Shown: piece after piece, positions 46,850 through 56,356 of the stretch
Position numbering within the stretch: position 1 is the stretch's first letter
Layout: every line of letters starts with the position of its first letter
From: an uncultured Spirochaetales bacterium
GTDB lineage: Bacteria > Spirochaetota > Spirochaetia > SP-2023 > CAYRNA01
NCBI GenBank assembly: GCA_964425555.1
Contig: CAYRNA010000001.1
Coordinates: 21,936 to 85,935, forward strand
Length of the DNA: 64,000 bases
Direction of reading: 5' to 3'
Notes under the pieces: model-generated
Seen by the model: the letters and a program-made list of their open reading frames with translations, nothing else
Database searches by the model: none
Told to the model about the DNA's origin: nothing
Program-made: the position numbers and the translations under genes

Positions 46850-48346
46850 ATGAAACACTTATTTCTTCTAGTCTTATTTTTATCGGTATTTGTCTCTTTT
46901 GCGCCTACACAAGAATCTACAGGTTCTATTCCTGATACACAAGTTGACAATTCTCAAGATTTCGATGGTACTTTTACCGAAGCAGAGACCGTTGTTGTTC
47001 CTGGTAACGAACGCGCTGCCCAACAAGAGACTCCAGCTGATCAACGCCCTAATATCGAAGCTCCTCTCAATGCGGCTCCAGTCCAAGAATCTTTACCTCT
47101 TGCCACTCCGAAAAGCGAAAATGTTAATAACGAAGTACTGAACACTCAGCAACAAAGTCAAAATACGGTTCCCAATCTTCGCGCTGATTCTAGTGAGCAA
47201 GCTAAGCTTGACGTACAAGCCACTACTACAGAAGTTCCCAATGTCGCAGCGAGTCAAGACGACTTGGACTCTTTTTTACGTGTCACACCGACTCGACCTA
47301 TTGTTTCAGACTTAAAGGGAACAACAAGAACGAAAGATATAAGATTGACATGGACTCCTTATCAGACCGATGATTCCACAAATGTTAGTTACACCATATA
47401 TCGTTCTCCTGAGCCTATCAATATTAACACCTTTAACTTGGCTCAAAACATAGGCTTTGTAGGAAATGGTACTACCGTTTTTGATGACGTCCCCGTAGCA
47501 CCAGGCGATTATTACTATGCTGTCTTTGTTGCCATGAATGGCTCTGACATTCCTATTTTTTCTCCAGGAGAGAATTTATTGACTACCCCCATTGCCTATG
47601 CAGGACTAGCAGGCACCGCTGAGGATTTATACGGCGTCTCAGATTGGACTCAAGTAAAAAAAGGGGCTGATATAGCAGCGAATACCCAAGAGAGTAATTT
47701 ATTTGAAGTGCAAGCACAAACAGAAACACAAAGACAAGCCCCGCCTGCGGCACCGCAAAAACCTATCAATGTCATTATTAATGTTCCTGAAAAAAACAAT
47801 AACGAATATGATAAATATCTGAAGTTGATAGAAGAGCAAAATAGACAACTCGAACAGCTGAAACAGCAGACTCAGAACTTATTGCTAGATAAACAGAAGC
47901 AAGAGCTGAATGCGCAAAAAGAGATGGCTTTAAAAAGAGACCAGGCAAAAGCAAAAGAAAAGCTGGCGCAAGAGAAAGAAAAACAAGCCAAAGAGCAAAG
48001 AGAACAGCTCAAAAAACTCTATCCCCAAGTCGTCATCGAAATTCTCAGTGAAGAAAAACAACGTGCGAGCAATGAGTATGAGTATAGATTACAGGTAATT
48101 TTGCACGAACTTATAGCCAATCAAGACTGGCAGAATGCTCAGAATGAATTGTTAGATTTGTTACGCTACAGTAACTTTTATTCTGACCGTTTAAGAGCTC
48201 GCATTGCCTTTTATAGAGGACAAATCTTCTATGTTTTTGCACGTTATGACAGTGCCATGTTAGAATTTTTAGCCGCAAAGCAATTCGTTCCTTATGAACG
48301 AGATGCTATTCGTTGGATTCAGAAAGTAAAATTTAAAGGAGCTTAA
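46850..48346 (+). CDS. Secreted protein with FN3-like domain, Lys/Glu/Gln-rich coiled coil and C-terminal TPR-like helices
   Basis: Signal peptide MKHLFLLVLFLSVFVSFAPTQE. The track start TTG at 46838 is trimmed to ATG 46850 after GGGAGG. Other elements are the FN3-like DIRLTWTPYQTDDSTNVSYTIYRS...GDYYYAVFV, the coiled coil NRQLEQLKQQTQ...KEKLAQEKEKQAKEQREQLKK, and the TPR-like tail. Confidence 0.45.
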   Translation: MKHLFLLVLFLSVFVSFAPTQESTGSIPDTQVDNSQDFDGTFTEAETVVVPGNERAAQQETPADQRPNIEAPLNAAPVQESLPLATPKSENVNNEVLNTQQQSQNTVPNLRADSSEQAKLDVQATTTEVPNVAASQDDLDSFLRVTPTRPIVSDLKGTTRTKDIRLTWTPYQTDDSTNVSYTIYRSPEPININTFNLAQNIGFVGNGTTVFDDVPVAPGDYYYAVFVAMNGSDIPIFSPGENLLTTPIAYAGLAGTAEDLYGVSDWTQVKKGADIAANTQESNLFEVQAQTETQRQAPPAAPQKPINVIINVPEKNNNEYDKYLKLIEEQNRQLEQLKQQTQNLLLDKQKQELNAQKEMALKRDQAKAKEKLAQEKEKQAKEQREQLKKLYPQVVIEILSEEKQRASNEYEYRLQVILHELIANQDWQNAQNELLDLLRYSNFYSDRLRARIAFYRGQIFYVFARYDSAMLEFLAAKQFVPYERDAIRWIQKVKFKGA

Positions 48347-48367
48347 CCTCGTTAAGCGTGTGAATCT

Positions 48368-49642
48368 ATGTTTTTAGACCTATCTCAATTAGGTATTGTA
48401 GCTTGTCCTGGGGGAGTGCCTTTTGCGGACTCTTTGATTACACAGCTAGAACACCTGCATAAAATCGAACAAAAAAACCGTGTACACCGATTGGAAAAAG
48501 ACTTCGATCTTAATACCGAAGATGCGACGCAAACTTTTGAGACCTACAATTCATTAGTCAATGACGTTCGTCAGGGAGATGCGAGTAAGCACAAGCATCC
48601 CATTCGTATTAAGTGTGCCGCGACCTACTTCGCCAACGGTGAATTTAAAGCAGAAATTTTAGAATCAGTTCGTAATCGTAATATTTATGTTGTTCAAGAT
48701 GTAGGAAATCATCAAGCGGTCAATTTTGATAACGGCGGTGAACACGTTCTTTCTGTCAATGATCATATCATGAATCTATATGTCGTAATCGATGCTCTTT
48801 TGCAAGCCAAACCACGCAAGATTAGCTTAGTTTTGCCTCTTTATCCTTACGCACGCCAACATAAACGAAATGGACGAGAAGGACTCACCGCATCTTCTTT
48901 AGGCCGTGTTTTTGAGAATATGGGAGTGGAAAAAATAATCACTTTGGATATTCATTCACGTTCAACAGAAAACTCATTTCAACACATGGGACTTGAAAAC
49001 CTTAGAGCTTCCTACCAAATTATCAAGAAATTATGGCAAATCATAGATATAAAAAATGATGATCTCGTCGTACTCGCACCAGACTCAGGTTCTCTTGAAA
49101 GAAATAAATTCTATGCCCAAGCTTTAGGCAAACCGCTTGCTTTACTTTATAAAGAGCGTGATTATGCCAAAGTTTCTACCAGTGCTTCTGATTCCAATAT
49201 TATCAGCACACGCTTACTCGGTGACGTCGAAGGTAAGACCATATTTATTCCCGACGACATATTGGGGACGGGTGGAACTCTGATTAATACCATGAAGCTG
49301 ATGAAAAAAATGGGCGCTAAACGTATTATTTGCGCTATTTCTCTTGGTCTATTTGATCACGGTGCGGTTGCACATTTTGACAAAGCTTACGAAGAAGGTT
49401 ATTTTCACCGTATCATTTGTACAGATGCTGTCAACATCAGCGATGAAATACGCAACAAAGAATGGTTTTTATCTGTCAGCGTCGTTAAGTTGTTTGCGGC
49501 TTCTATTGCCAACCTCCATCTCAGTCGCAGTATTTCTCAGTTAATGGACAACAGACCTTTAATTCGCACCCTCATGCAACGAAAAAGTAAGTCAGAACCT
49601 AAGCAAGAAACCGAAGATGACTGGGAATTCCATATAAGATGA
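48368..49642 (+). CDS. prs: Ribose-phosphate pyrophosphokinase (PRPP synthetase), long form with an N-terminal insertion
   Basis: 424 aa. Contains FANGEFKAEILESVRNRNIYVVQD, LPLYPYARQHKR and the PRPP-binding loop IFIPDDILGTGGTL. An insertion of roughly 60 aa precedes FANGE relative to the ~315-aa enzymes I know. Confidence 0.8.
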   Translation: MFLDLSQLGIVACPGGVPFADSLITQLEHLHKIEQKNRVHRLEKDFDLNTEDATQTFETYNSLVNDVRQGDASKHKHPIRIKCAATYFANGEFKAEILESVRNRNIYVVQDVGNHQAVNFDNGGEHVLSVNDHIMNLYVVIDALLQAKPRKISLVLPLYPYARQHKRNGREGLTASSLGRVFENMGVEKIITLDIHSRSTENSFQHMGLENLRASYQIIKKLWQIIDIKNDDLVVLAPDSGSLERNKFYAQALGKPLALLYKERDYAKVSTSASDSNIISTRLLGDVEGKTIFIPDDILGTGGTLINTMKLMKKMGAKRIICAISLGLFDHGAVAHFDKAYEEGYFHRIICTDAVNISDEIRNKEWFLSVSVVKLFAASIANLHLSRSISQLMDNRPLIRTLMQRKSKSEPKQETEDDWEFHIR

Positions 49643-51153
49643 ATGAGATAAAGAAAATTGGCATTATTGGTTGTGGTATTGGTGCGTTGAGTGCGGCTAT
49701 TCGCTTAGCCCACAAAGGTTATCAGGTTGAGATCTTTGAAAAAAATGATCAACCTGGTGGCCGTATGCATAAAATCCAGAGTCAAGGCTATCAATTTGAT
49801 GTCGGTCCGACTCTTGTTCTTATGCCACAAATTTATGAAGAGTTATTTACCGCCGTTGATAGAAAAATGTCTGATTATCTAGAAATGGTGAGTCTTGACT
49901 CTCTTTATAAAGTTCATTTTCATGACAAAAGCGTTATTGATGTGAATACCGACTTGGCCCAATTAATTCCCACATTGGAAGGTATTTCAACAAAAGATAC
50001 AACAGGTTATCTTCGCTATTTATACGTCCTTTACAAACGTTACAAAGTTGCAGAAAAATTTATTTTACGTGGGTTTAAGAGCCCTTGGGAAATTCTCAAA
50101 CCGTCTATTTTGTTTCCCTCTTTTAAGCTCGGTTTATTTAAAACAGCCTACCAACAAATGAAAGGATTTTTCAAAGACGAAAGGCTACAGAAATTATTTT
50201 GTTTCCAGACATTGTACATTGGAATTTCTCCCCATAATGGACCTTCTATCTACAATATTATTCCTTTGATGGAATCCTTATACGGTATTCATTATGTCAA
50301 AGGTGGAATGTTTACGGTTGCGCAAGCCCTAGAGAAATTATTTTTAGAACTCGGTGGTAAAATCCACTACGGCTGCGATGTGCAGACCTTGTCTATTGAG
50401 GCAAATTCATCCCACAAAGTGAGTGGTTTTGAGTATAATAAAGACAATCAAAAGAATGTTTTTCAGAGTGATCTCGTGATTTCTAATGCTGATTTCCCCT
50501 ATGCTCTGGAACATTTAATCCCCAAAGAATATCAAAAAAGACGTTACAATAAACGCAAACAAGCTTCTTTTGAATATTCATGCTCTGCTTTTATTCTATA
50601 TTTGGGAATAGACAAAAAGCTAGATTTAGGTGCACATACATTTCTTTATGCCGAAGATTTTGATAAAAATTGCATAGATATTTTTTCTGGACAAGATCCT
50701 GCAGATCCTTCTTTATACCTCTATCATCCTAGTTCTTTGGACGAAACAATGGCGCCGGCAGGCAAATCTTCATTGTACATTCTCGTTCCAGTGTCCAACC
50801 TGTTAGCCCGCAAAAGCGATTGGACTTCAACAGAAATAGAACAATATAGACATAGGATTTTGTCTTTAATCGCCGACAAATTAACACTGGACTTGCAACC
50901 TCATATAGAAACGGAAACTATTTATACTCCTAATGATTTCCGTGATAAATTTAATGCCAAACATGGCGCTGCTTTTGGATTATCACCCACACTCAAGCAG
51001 AGCAATTTATTTAGGCCACAAGCGCGTTATCCTTACCTCAAAAACCTTTATTTTACGGGTTGTTCCACTCATCCTGGAGCAGGTATACCCATTGTTTTGA
51101 CCTCTGGGAAAATTTGTGCGGAAGCTATTCTTCAAGATTGCCATCAAAAATGA
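49639..51153 (+). CDS. crtN: FAD-dependent phytoene/dehydrosqualene desaturase (CrtI/CrtN family)
   Basis: 504 aa. The N-terminal dinucleotide fold is KIGIIGCGIGALSAAIRLAHKGYQVEIFEKNDQPGGR and the C-terminal carotenoid-desaturase block is LYFTGCSTHPGAGIPIVLTSGK. The ATG overlaps the prs stop (ATGA). Confidence 0.8.
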   Translation: MNEIKKIGIIGCGIGALSAAIRLAHKGYQVEIFEKNDQPGGRMHKIQSQGYQFDVGPTLVLMPQIYEELFTAVDRKMSDYLEMVSLDSLYKVHFHDKSVIDVNTDLAQLIPTLEGISTKDTTGYLRYLYVLYKRYKVAEKFILRGFKSPWEILKPSILFPSFKLGLFKTAYQQMKGFFKDERLQKLFCFQTLYIGISPHNGPSIYNIIPLMESLYGIHYVKGGMFTVAQALEKLFLELGGKIHYGCDVQTLSIEANSSHKVSGFEYNKDNQKNVFQSDLVISNADFPYALEHLIPKEYQKRRYNKRKQASFEYSCSAFILYLGIDKKLDLGAHTFLYAEDFDKNCIDIFSGQDPADPSLYLYHPSSLDETMAPAGKSSLYILVPVSNLLARKSDWTSTEIEQYRHRILSLIADKLTLDLQPHIETETIYTPNDFRDKFNAKHGAAFGLSPTLKQSNLFRPQARYPYLKNLYFTGCSTHPGAGIPIVLTSGKICAEAILQDCHQK

Positions 51154-52055
51154 CTCATTCCAAGATGACAAATACCTCAACGCAAGAACATCAAGATTTT
51201 CTCCAATGCCAAGAATCCATTCAACGTAATTCACGATCATTTTATCTTAGTTTTAAGTCTTTACCTTATAAAAAGCGTAAAGCTGTGTTCGCTATTTACA
51301 ATTTTTTCCGTTTGGTTGACGATGAAGTTGATGAAAATATTTTTTTAATTCCAAATAAAAGCATCATTGATTTATGGGAAGACTTCAAAACAGGGAAAAT
51401 AGTTGACCACTATTTGTTTCGTAGTTTAGAATGGACATTTAACGAATTTGATTTACAATTTATACATTTTGACGAATTGATTTCGGGTATTAAGAGTGAT
51501 CTTGATTTAGTACAACTTCAAACCGAGCAAGACTTAGATCGCTATTGCTATTTAGTGGCAGGTACAGTTGGTTTAGTGCTTTTGCCCATTCTTGCAGAAG
51601 AAAAATATTTAAACGATGAGCTTAAAACAGTGGTGAGTAATTTAGGCAAATCTATGCAAATCACCAATATTTTACGTGATGTAGGCGAAGATTTGGACAG
51701 AAACCGTTGCTATTTACCCAAAGAAATGTGTGATGAGTTTGGACTCAATATGCAAACACTCAAATCTAAGCAAATCTCAAAGCCATTTCTTGCGCTGAGC
51801 CAAAGTTTGTATTCGCAGGCAAGACCATTTTACCAAGATTGTTTAAAGCATCTGTCATGTTTTGATCAAGCATCGCAAAAATCTCTTTGTGACGCTATTT
51901 TTCTTTATAGAGGTATTTTAGACTTACTTCACAAGAAGAAATTTGCGTCATTACAACAGAGACTCGTTCTTTCCAAATCTGCGGTTTTGTTCCTCGTACT
52001 TCGTAGCGAAATTTATCGTAAATTACACCTTCTTAAGGAAAAAAAATGGCATTAA
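51150..52055 (+). CDS. crtM: Phytoene/dehydrosqualene (squalene) synthase family protein (CrtM/CrtB-like)
   Basis: Asp-rich motifs FRLVDDEVDE and NILRDVGEDLDRNRCYLP, plus YCYLVAGTVG. I prefer ATG at 51150 (MTHSKM..., ATGA overlap with the crtN stop) over the track TTG at 51060, which would overlap crtN by 94 nt. Confidence 0.8.
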   Translation: MTHSKMTNTSTQEHQDFLQCQESIQRNSRSFYLSFKSLPYKKRKAVFAIYNFFRLVDDEVDENIFLIPNKSIIDLWEDFKTGKIVDHYLFRSLEWTFNEFDLQFIHFDELISGIKSDLDLVQLQTEQDLDRYCYLVAGTVGLVLLPILAEEKYLNDELKTVVSNLGKSMQITNILRDVGEDLDRNRCYLPKEMCDEFGLNMQTLKSKQISKPFLALSQSLYSQARPFYQDCLKHLSCFDQASQKSLCDAIFLYRGILDLLHKKKFASLQQRLVLSKSAVLFLVLRSEIYRKLHLLKEKKWH

Positions 52056-53494
52056 ACTGGTTAGAAATAGACCTTATCTTAGATGAGTTAAATCTGGAAG
52101 GGAGTCTGATACAAGGTGTGAGGCAGTCTTCTTTTAAACATTTATTTCTCGATATTTATACCAGAGACGGCGAAAAATTTGAGCTTCTCTTTGCGTTCAA
52201 TGAAGATGCACTGCGCTTTCACAAAGCCTATTATAACGAAAAAACCATGCCCAAAGCGCCTCGATTTTGCGAGTACTTGCGAGCCAATTTAATGGGTGCT
52301 CGTATTATTAAAGCTGAGCAAATTGAGCAAGAAAGAATTGTTCAGTTCACTCTCAATTATCAGAATGAAACACGCTTTCTATTTTTGCGATTATGGACGG
52401 GGCAAGCCAACCTGATTTATACTCACAGCGATGGCAGAATCTTGGATCTTTTGTTTCGCCGTCCACAAAAAAATGAAAATCCCGAGGAATATTTCATTCT
52501 TGGCAAGGTAGAAAAACCGTCTGCTGGTCGCCAAAAATTATTAGACAATATGCAAGTTTCTTTTCCTATAGAAGATGAAGGTGTGAATGCGGCGGCGGCT
52601 GATTACTATTTTCACTTGGAAGATAATAAGGAAATGCAGCATTACAGACGCAGTTTGCTCAAAGATATAGAACGACGCATCATGCGTCAGGAAGATAGAA
52701 TAGAGCAATTACGCCTCAATCAAAAACGCTCAGAAAATGAGAGTCTAAAACAGGACAATGAGCTGGATTATGGCTATCAGGCCAATCTCATTTCTGAAAT
52801 TGTACACGAAAACGATGGCTACGAAACGGGTCGCAGCTCCATAGATGTAAAAGATAAAAATAACGATAAAACCATCAAAATTGCATTGAATCCACATTTG
52901 AGTTTGTACCAAAATATAGACGAATTGTTTCGCAAAAATAAACGGCGACGCAGGGCTGTTACTTTTGATGATAAAGAATTAATTTCTCGCCAAGAAAATC
53001 TCAATATGTTAGAAGCGAAAGCTCGGCGCATTGAGCAAACAGATGATAAAGAATATCTGGCTTATTTAATGGAGAAACAGCAGGCAAATCAAACAGAAGT
53101 TGTGCGACCTGGTTTAACCTTTGATTCAAATAATTTTGTTGTTTTCGTCGGTCGTAATGCCAAAGAGAGCGACGAGCTTTTCCGTCATCATGTCAAAGGT
53201 AATGATCTCTGGTTGCATGTGCGCAATAATAGGGGAGGCTTTATTTTTATCAGGACGAAGCGTGACAAAACCATACCCCTGCCTGTGTTGCTTGATGCCT
53301 GTGAATTGGCCTTGCATTTCAGTTCATTGCGTGGCGAGTCTAAGGCCTCCATCGCTTATACGGCGGTCAAAAATGTACGTCGTGTGAAAAATGGCAAGCC
53401 AGGCGAGGTAACTTTTTCTTTTGATAAAAACCTCGATTTGACTCACGACAGAACACGTTTGTCTTCCTTGCTCGATCAGTTAAAAAGGGACTGA
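52046..53494 (+). CDS. NFACT-family protein (FbpA/RqcH-like, ribosome quality control; NFACT-N plus DUF814)
   Basis: 482 aa. N-terminal LNWLEIDLILDELNLEGSLIQGVRQ, a central coiled coil, and the DUF814 block VVFVGRNAKESDELFRHHVKGNDLWLHVRNNRGGFIFI. Confidence 0.75.
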   Translation: MALNWLEIDLILDELNLEGSLIQGVRQSSFKHLFLDIYTRDGEKFELLFAFNEDALRFHKAYYNEKTMPKAPRFCEYLRANLMGARIIKAEQIEQERIVQFTLNYQNETRFLFLRLWTGQANLIYTHSDGRILDLLFRRPQKNENPEEYFILGKVEKPSAGRQKLLDNMQVSFPIEDEGVNAAAADYYFHLEDNKEMQHYRRSLLKDIERRIMRQEDRIEQLRLNQKRSENESLKQDNELDYGYQANLISEIVHENDGYETGRSSIDVKDKNNDKTIKIALNPHLSLYQNIDELFRKNKRRRRAVTFDDKELISRQENLNMLEAKARRIEQTDDKEYLAYLMEKQQANQTEVVRPGLTFDSNNFVVFVGRNAKESDELFRHHVKGNDLWLHVRNNRGGFIFIRTKRDKTIPLPVLLDACELALHFSSLRGESKASIAYTAVKNVRRVKNGKPGEVTFSFDKNLDLTHDRTRLSSLLDQLKRD

Positions 53495-53496
53495 GA

Positions 53497-53922
53497 ATGA
53501 AAAAAGTTGTTGTGTTTGGAACGTTTGACTTTGCCCATCCAGGTCATATTTTCTTTTTAAATGAAGCCAAAAAGCACGGTGATTTTTTGGTTGTTATCAT
53601 AGCACGAGACACCATTGTTCAACGCTATAAAAATAGATTGCCATTTTACAATGAAATGCAACGCATAGAGGCAGTTAAATCCTTACATTTAGCCGATGAA
53701 ATTATTTTGGGCGATAAACAGGAAGGCGTATTTTCTTATTTTCAGGAAAATGAGCCTTACACGGTCTGTTTGGGACACGATCAGTTGGCTTTGAAAGAAG
53801 TTTTATTAGCAAGTCAATTTAACATAACGACGCACATTTTACCCAGCTATAACAGGGGCGAATTTCGATCCAGCCTTTACTATGATAAGCACAAGCAATC
53901 TCACCAAAACAGTGAGTCATAG
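53497..53922 (+). CDS. Cytidylyltransferase-like nucleotidyltransferase (HxGH family, RibL/TagD-like)
   Basis: 141 aa. VVVFGTFDFAHPGHIFFLNEAKKHGDFLVVIIARD matches the GTFDxxHxGH signature. Confidence 0.65.
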   Translation: MKKVVVFGTFDFAHPGHIFFLNEAKKHGDFLVVIIARDTIVQRYKNRLPFYNEMQRIEAVKSLHLADEIILGDKQEGVFSYFQENEPYTVCLGHDQLALKEVLLASQFNITTHILPSYNRGEFRSSLYYDKHKQSHQNSES

Positions 53923-53998
53923 CCTAGAATAAAACAAATAAAATGAGTAAATTAAAAATCAAAATATTGTATCATTTATGATAGGGGAGTGAATAATT

Positions 53999-55753
53999 AT
54001 GGATAAACTTGCTATTCGAAAACGTGCCGAGATCTATGTCAGTCAAGAGAAAACAGCTCTTTTTCGTGATGAAATACAGACATTACTCAATGACAATAAA
54101 GAAACAGAATTGGCCGACAGATTCTTAAATCCCATTAGTTTTGGGACGGGTGGTTTACGAGGCTTGATTGGTGGGGGCGATGCCTATATCAATAGCCTCA
54201 ATATTCAAAAAGCAACCCAAGGCATAGCCTCTTATATTTTACAGAACGCAGATCCCAGTCGTCATAGCGTGGTGATTTCTTATGATTCTCGCCACTGGTC
54301 AAAAGAATTCGCCTTGCTAACGGCCTTGGTGCTAGCTTCCAATAACATCAAAAGTTTTTTATACGCTGCGCCTAGACCCACACCACAGTTGTCTTATAGC
54401 ATCAGAGAATTGAATGCAACGGCCGGTATCATGATCACAGCCAGCCACAATCCCTCGCAATACAATGGCTACAAAGTCTATTGGGACGACGGTGCTCAAA
54501 TTGTTGCTCCGCATGATCAAGGCATCATACAAGAAGTGCGCAAGGCCAATGTTGACAAAGAAATTTTGGACGAAAAGACCGCTGTAGAAAAAGGTTTATT
54601 GGAATACATCCTCGATGATTTGGATAAAAAATACCTCGACATGGTTGTTGCTCAGAGCCTCTCACCGCAATTATTTGCAGAAAATGGTGCCAAGGCAAAG
54701 GTTGTTTTTACGCCCTTGCACGGTATAGGCTATTTCCCCATCGATCAAGTGGCGCAAAAACTGGGCGTCAAGCTTATTGCGGTTGAAGAACAAAAAGAAC
54801 CCAATGGCGATTTCCCTACAGTCGCTTCTCCCAATCCAGAAGAAAAAGCATCACTACAATTGGCGATAAATTTAGCTCAATCCCATGATGCTGATCTCAT
54901 TCTTGCCAGTGATCCCGACGTTGATAGGCTAGGTGTAGGCGTGAAAGTTGCCAAAGGCGAATATCATTTATTAACAGGCAACCAAATTGGTGCGCTCTTT
55001 TTAGACTATATTTGTCATGTTCGTCAAGCTCAAAATCGTTTGACCGCACAGAGCTTTTTCTTCAACACTGTCGTGACTTCACCGCTTCAAGGTAAAATTG
55101 CCTCGTCCTACGGTTTGCAACACGTAGAAGTGTTGACCGGCTTTAAATATATAGGCGAGCAAATGCGCCTTTTAGAAAAAGATGCGAACGCCAATTTCGT
55201 TTTTGGTTGCGAAGAAAGTTATGGCTATTTGCTTGAAAATGAAGTCAGAGACAAAGATGCTGTTTCTGCTGCGATGTTGGCTATGGAATTAATGCTGTGG
55301 AATCAACAGCAAGGCAGAACGATTTTAGAGCATCTTAATATAATTTATAAGAAATTTGGCTACTACCATGAAGAACAGATCAGTCGCAATTTTGAAGGCA
55401 ACAAAGGTAAAGAGAGTATTGAGCGTATTCTTGTCAATTTACGAGGAGCACCACAAAAGCAATTTGCAGGCAAAACCGTTGTCGAATTTCGTGATTACGA
55501 ACAGCAAATCGGCATTAATTACGCTGATAAAACAGAATATAAATGCGATCATCTTCCTGTATCAAACGTGCTTTATTTTGCATTTGATGATGACAGTTCT
55601 TTGCTCGTTAGACCATCGGGAACTGAACCTAAGGTCAAGTTTTATCTCTTTGCCTCTAGCTCAAAAACTGATTTGAAGCAAGCCAAAGAAGAAGTGAGTC
55701 TCAAACTCAAGCAGTGCGAAAATGACATCAACACTATCTTAGATCAGGCGTAA
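53999..55753 (+). CDS. Phosphoglucomutase/phosphomannomutase (PgcA-like alpha-D-phosphohexomutase)
   Basis: 584 aa. Active-site loop GIMITASHNPSQYNGYKVY, metal loop ASDPDVDRLG, sugar loop GCEESYGY, and phosphate loop VRPSGTEPKVKFY. Confidence 0.85.
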   Translation: MDKLAIRKRAEIYVSQEKTALFRDEIQTLLNDNKETELADRFLNPISFGTGGLRGLIGGGDAYINSLNIQKATQGIASYILQNADPSRHSVVISYDSRHWSKEFALLTALVLASNNIKSFLYAAPRPTPQLSYSIRELNATAGIMITASHNPSQYNGYKVYWDDGAQIVAPHDQGIIQEVRKANVDKEILDEKTAVEKGLLEYILDDLDKKYLDMVVAQSLSPQLFAENGAKAKVVFTPLHGIGYFPIDQVAQKLGVKLIAVEEQKEPNGDFPTVASPNPEEKASLQLAINLAQSHDADLILASDPDVDRLGVGVKVAKGEYHLLTGNQIGALFLDYICHVRQAQNRLTAQSFFFNTVVTSPLQGKIASSYGLQHVEVLTGFKYIGEQMRLLEKDANANFVFGCEESYGYLLENEVRDKDAVSAAMLAMELMLWNQQQGRTILEHLNIIYKKFGYYHEEQISRNFEGNKGKESIERILVNLRGAPQKQFAGKTVVEFRDYEQQIGINYADKTEYKCDHLPVSNVLYFAFDDDSSLLVRPSGTEPKVKFYLFASSSKTDLKQAKEEVSLKLKQCENDINTILDQA

Positions 55754-55765
55754 AACGGCAACCTT

Positions 55766-56356
55766 ATGGTCATTGGCATTACGGGTAAATGTTGCAGTGG
55801 TAAAAGCTATATCGTAGATTATTTGCAGAAACAAATCAACGGTATAGAAATTAATTTAGACCAAATCGGTCACGATATCTTGGATGAAAATGTAGACGCA
55901 TTAGTTGCTCTCTTTGGTCCAAGCATTCAAAATGATAAAAATACCATTGATAGGCGTGCGCTCGGTCGCATTGTTTTTAAGGATAAAAGCAAACTTCGTG
56001 ATTTAGAAAACCTTGTCCACCCTTTGGTATTCATCAAGGTTAAAAACATGCTGCAACAAGAGACGCAGCAACATTTCATTCTACATGCGGCCTTGCTTGA
56101 TAGAGGCGATTTGTACAAATTGTGTGACGTATTACTCTTTGTCAAAGCCAGTTTCTTCAGACGCTTAATACGCGCAAGAATGCGTGATAATTTGTCATGG
56201 CTTTCCCTACTTCGCCGAATATGGCAGCAAAAAAAAATATCACTTCATCTTTATCGAAAATATGACGATATCCGTATTATTAGGTCTCCATTAAAAGCTG
56301 GGGACAGAACAATTTTAGCTAAACTAATACCTATTAAGGAAGAGTGTCATTTATGA
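55766..56356 (+). CDS. coaE: Dephospho-CoA kinase
   Basis: 196 aa. The P-loop VIGITGKCCSGKS is a variant of GLTGGIGSGKS. Also LVHPLV. Size and layout fit CoaE. Confidence 0.65.
   Translation: MVIGITGKCCSGKSYIVDYLQKQINGIEINLDQIGHDILDENVDALVALFGPSIQNDKNTIDRRALGRIVFKDKSKLRDLENLVHPLVFIKVKNMLQQETQQHFILHAALLDRGDLYKLCDVLLFVKASFFRRLIRARMRDNLSWLSLLRRIWQQKKISLHLYRKYDDIRIIRSPLKAGDRTILAKLIPIKEECHL

Noticed and set aside
48341-48357. Perfect hairpin GCTTAAC-ctc-GTTAAGC overlapping the stop codon before prs, considered as a terminator.
   Set aside because: It has a 7-bp stem, a 3-nt loop and no U-tract, and the next gene starts 11 nt later. It is more likely incidental or a minor RNA-stability element.
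51060-51149. The track's TTG start at 51060 for the crtM-like gene, giving a 94-nt overlap with crtN.
   Set aside because: ATG at 51150 forms an ATGA stop/start overlap with crtN and removes an N-terminal extension that merely reads the crtN 3' end in another frame.
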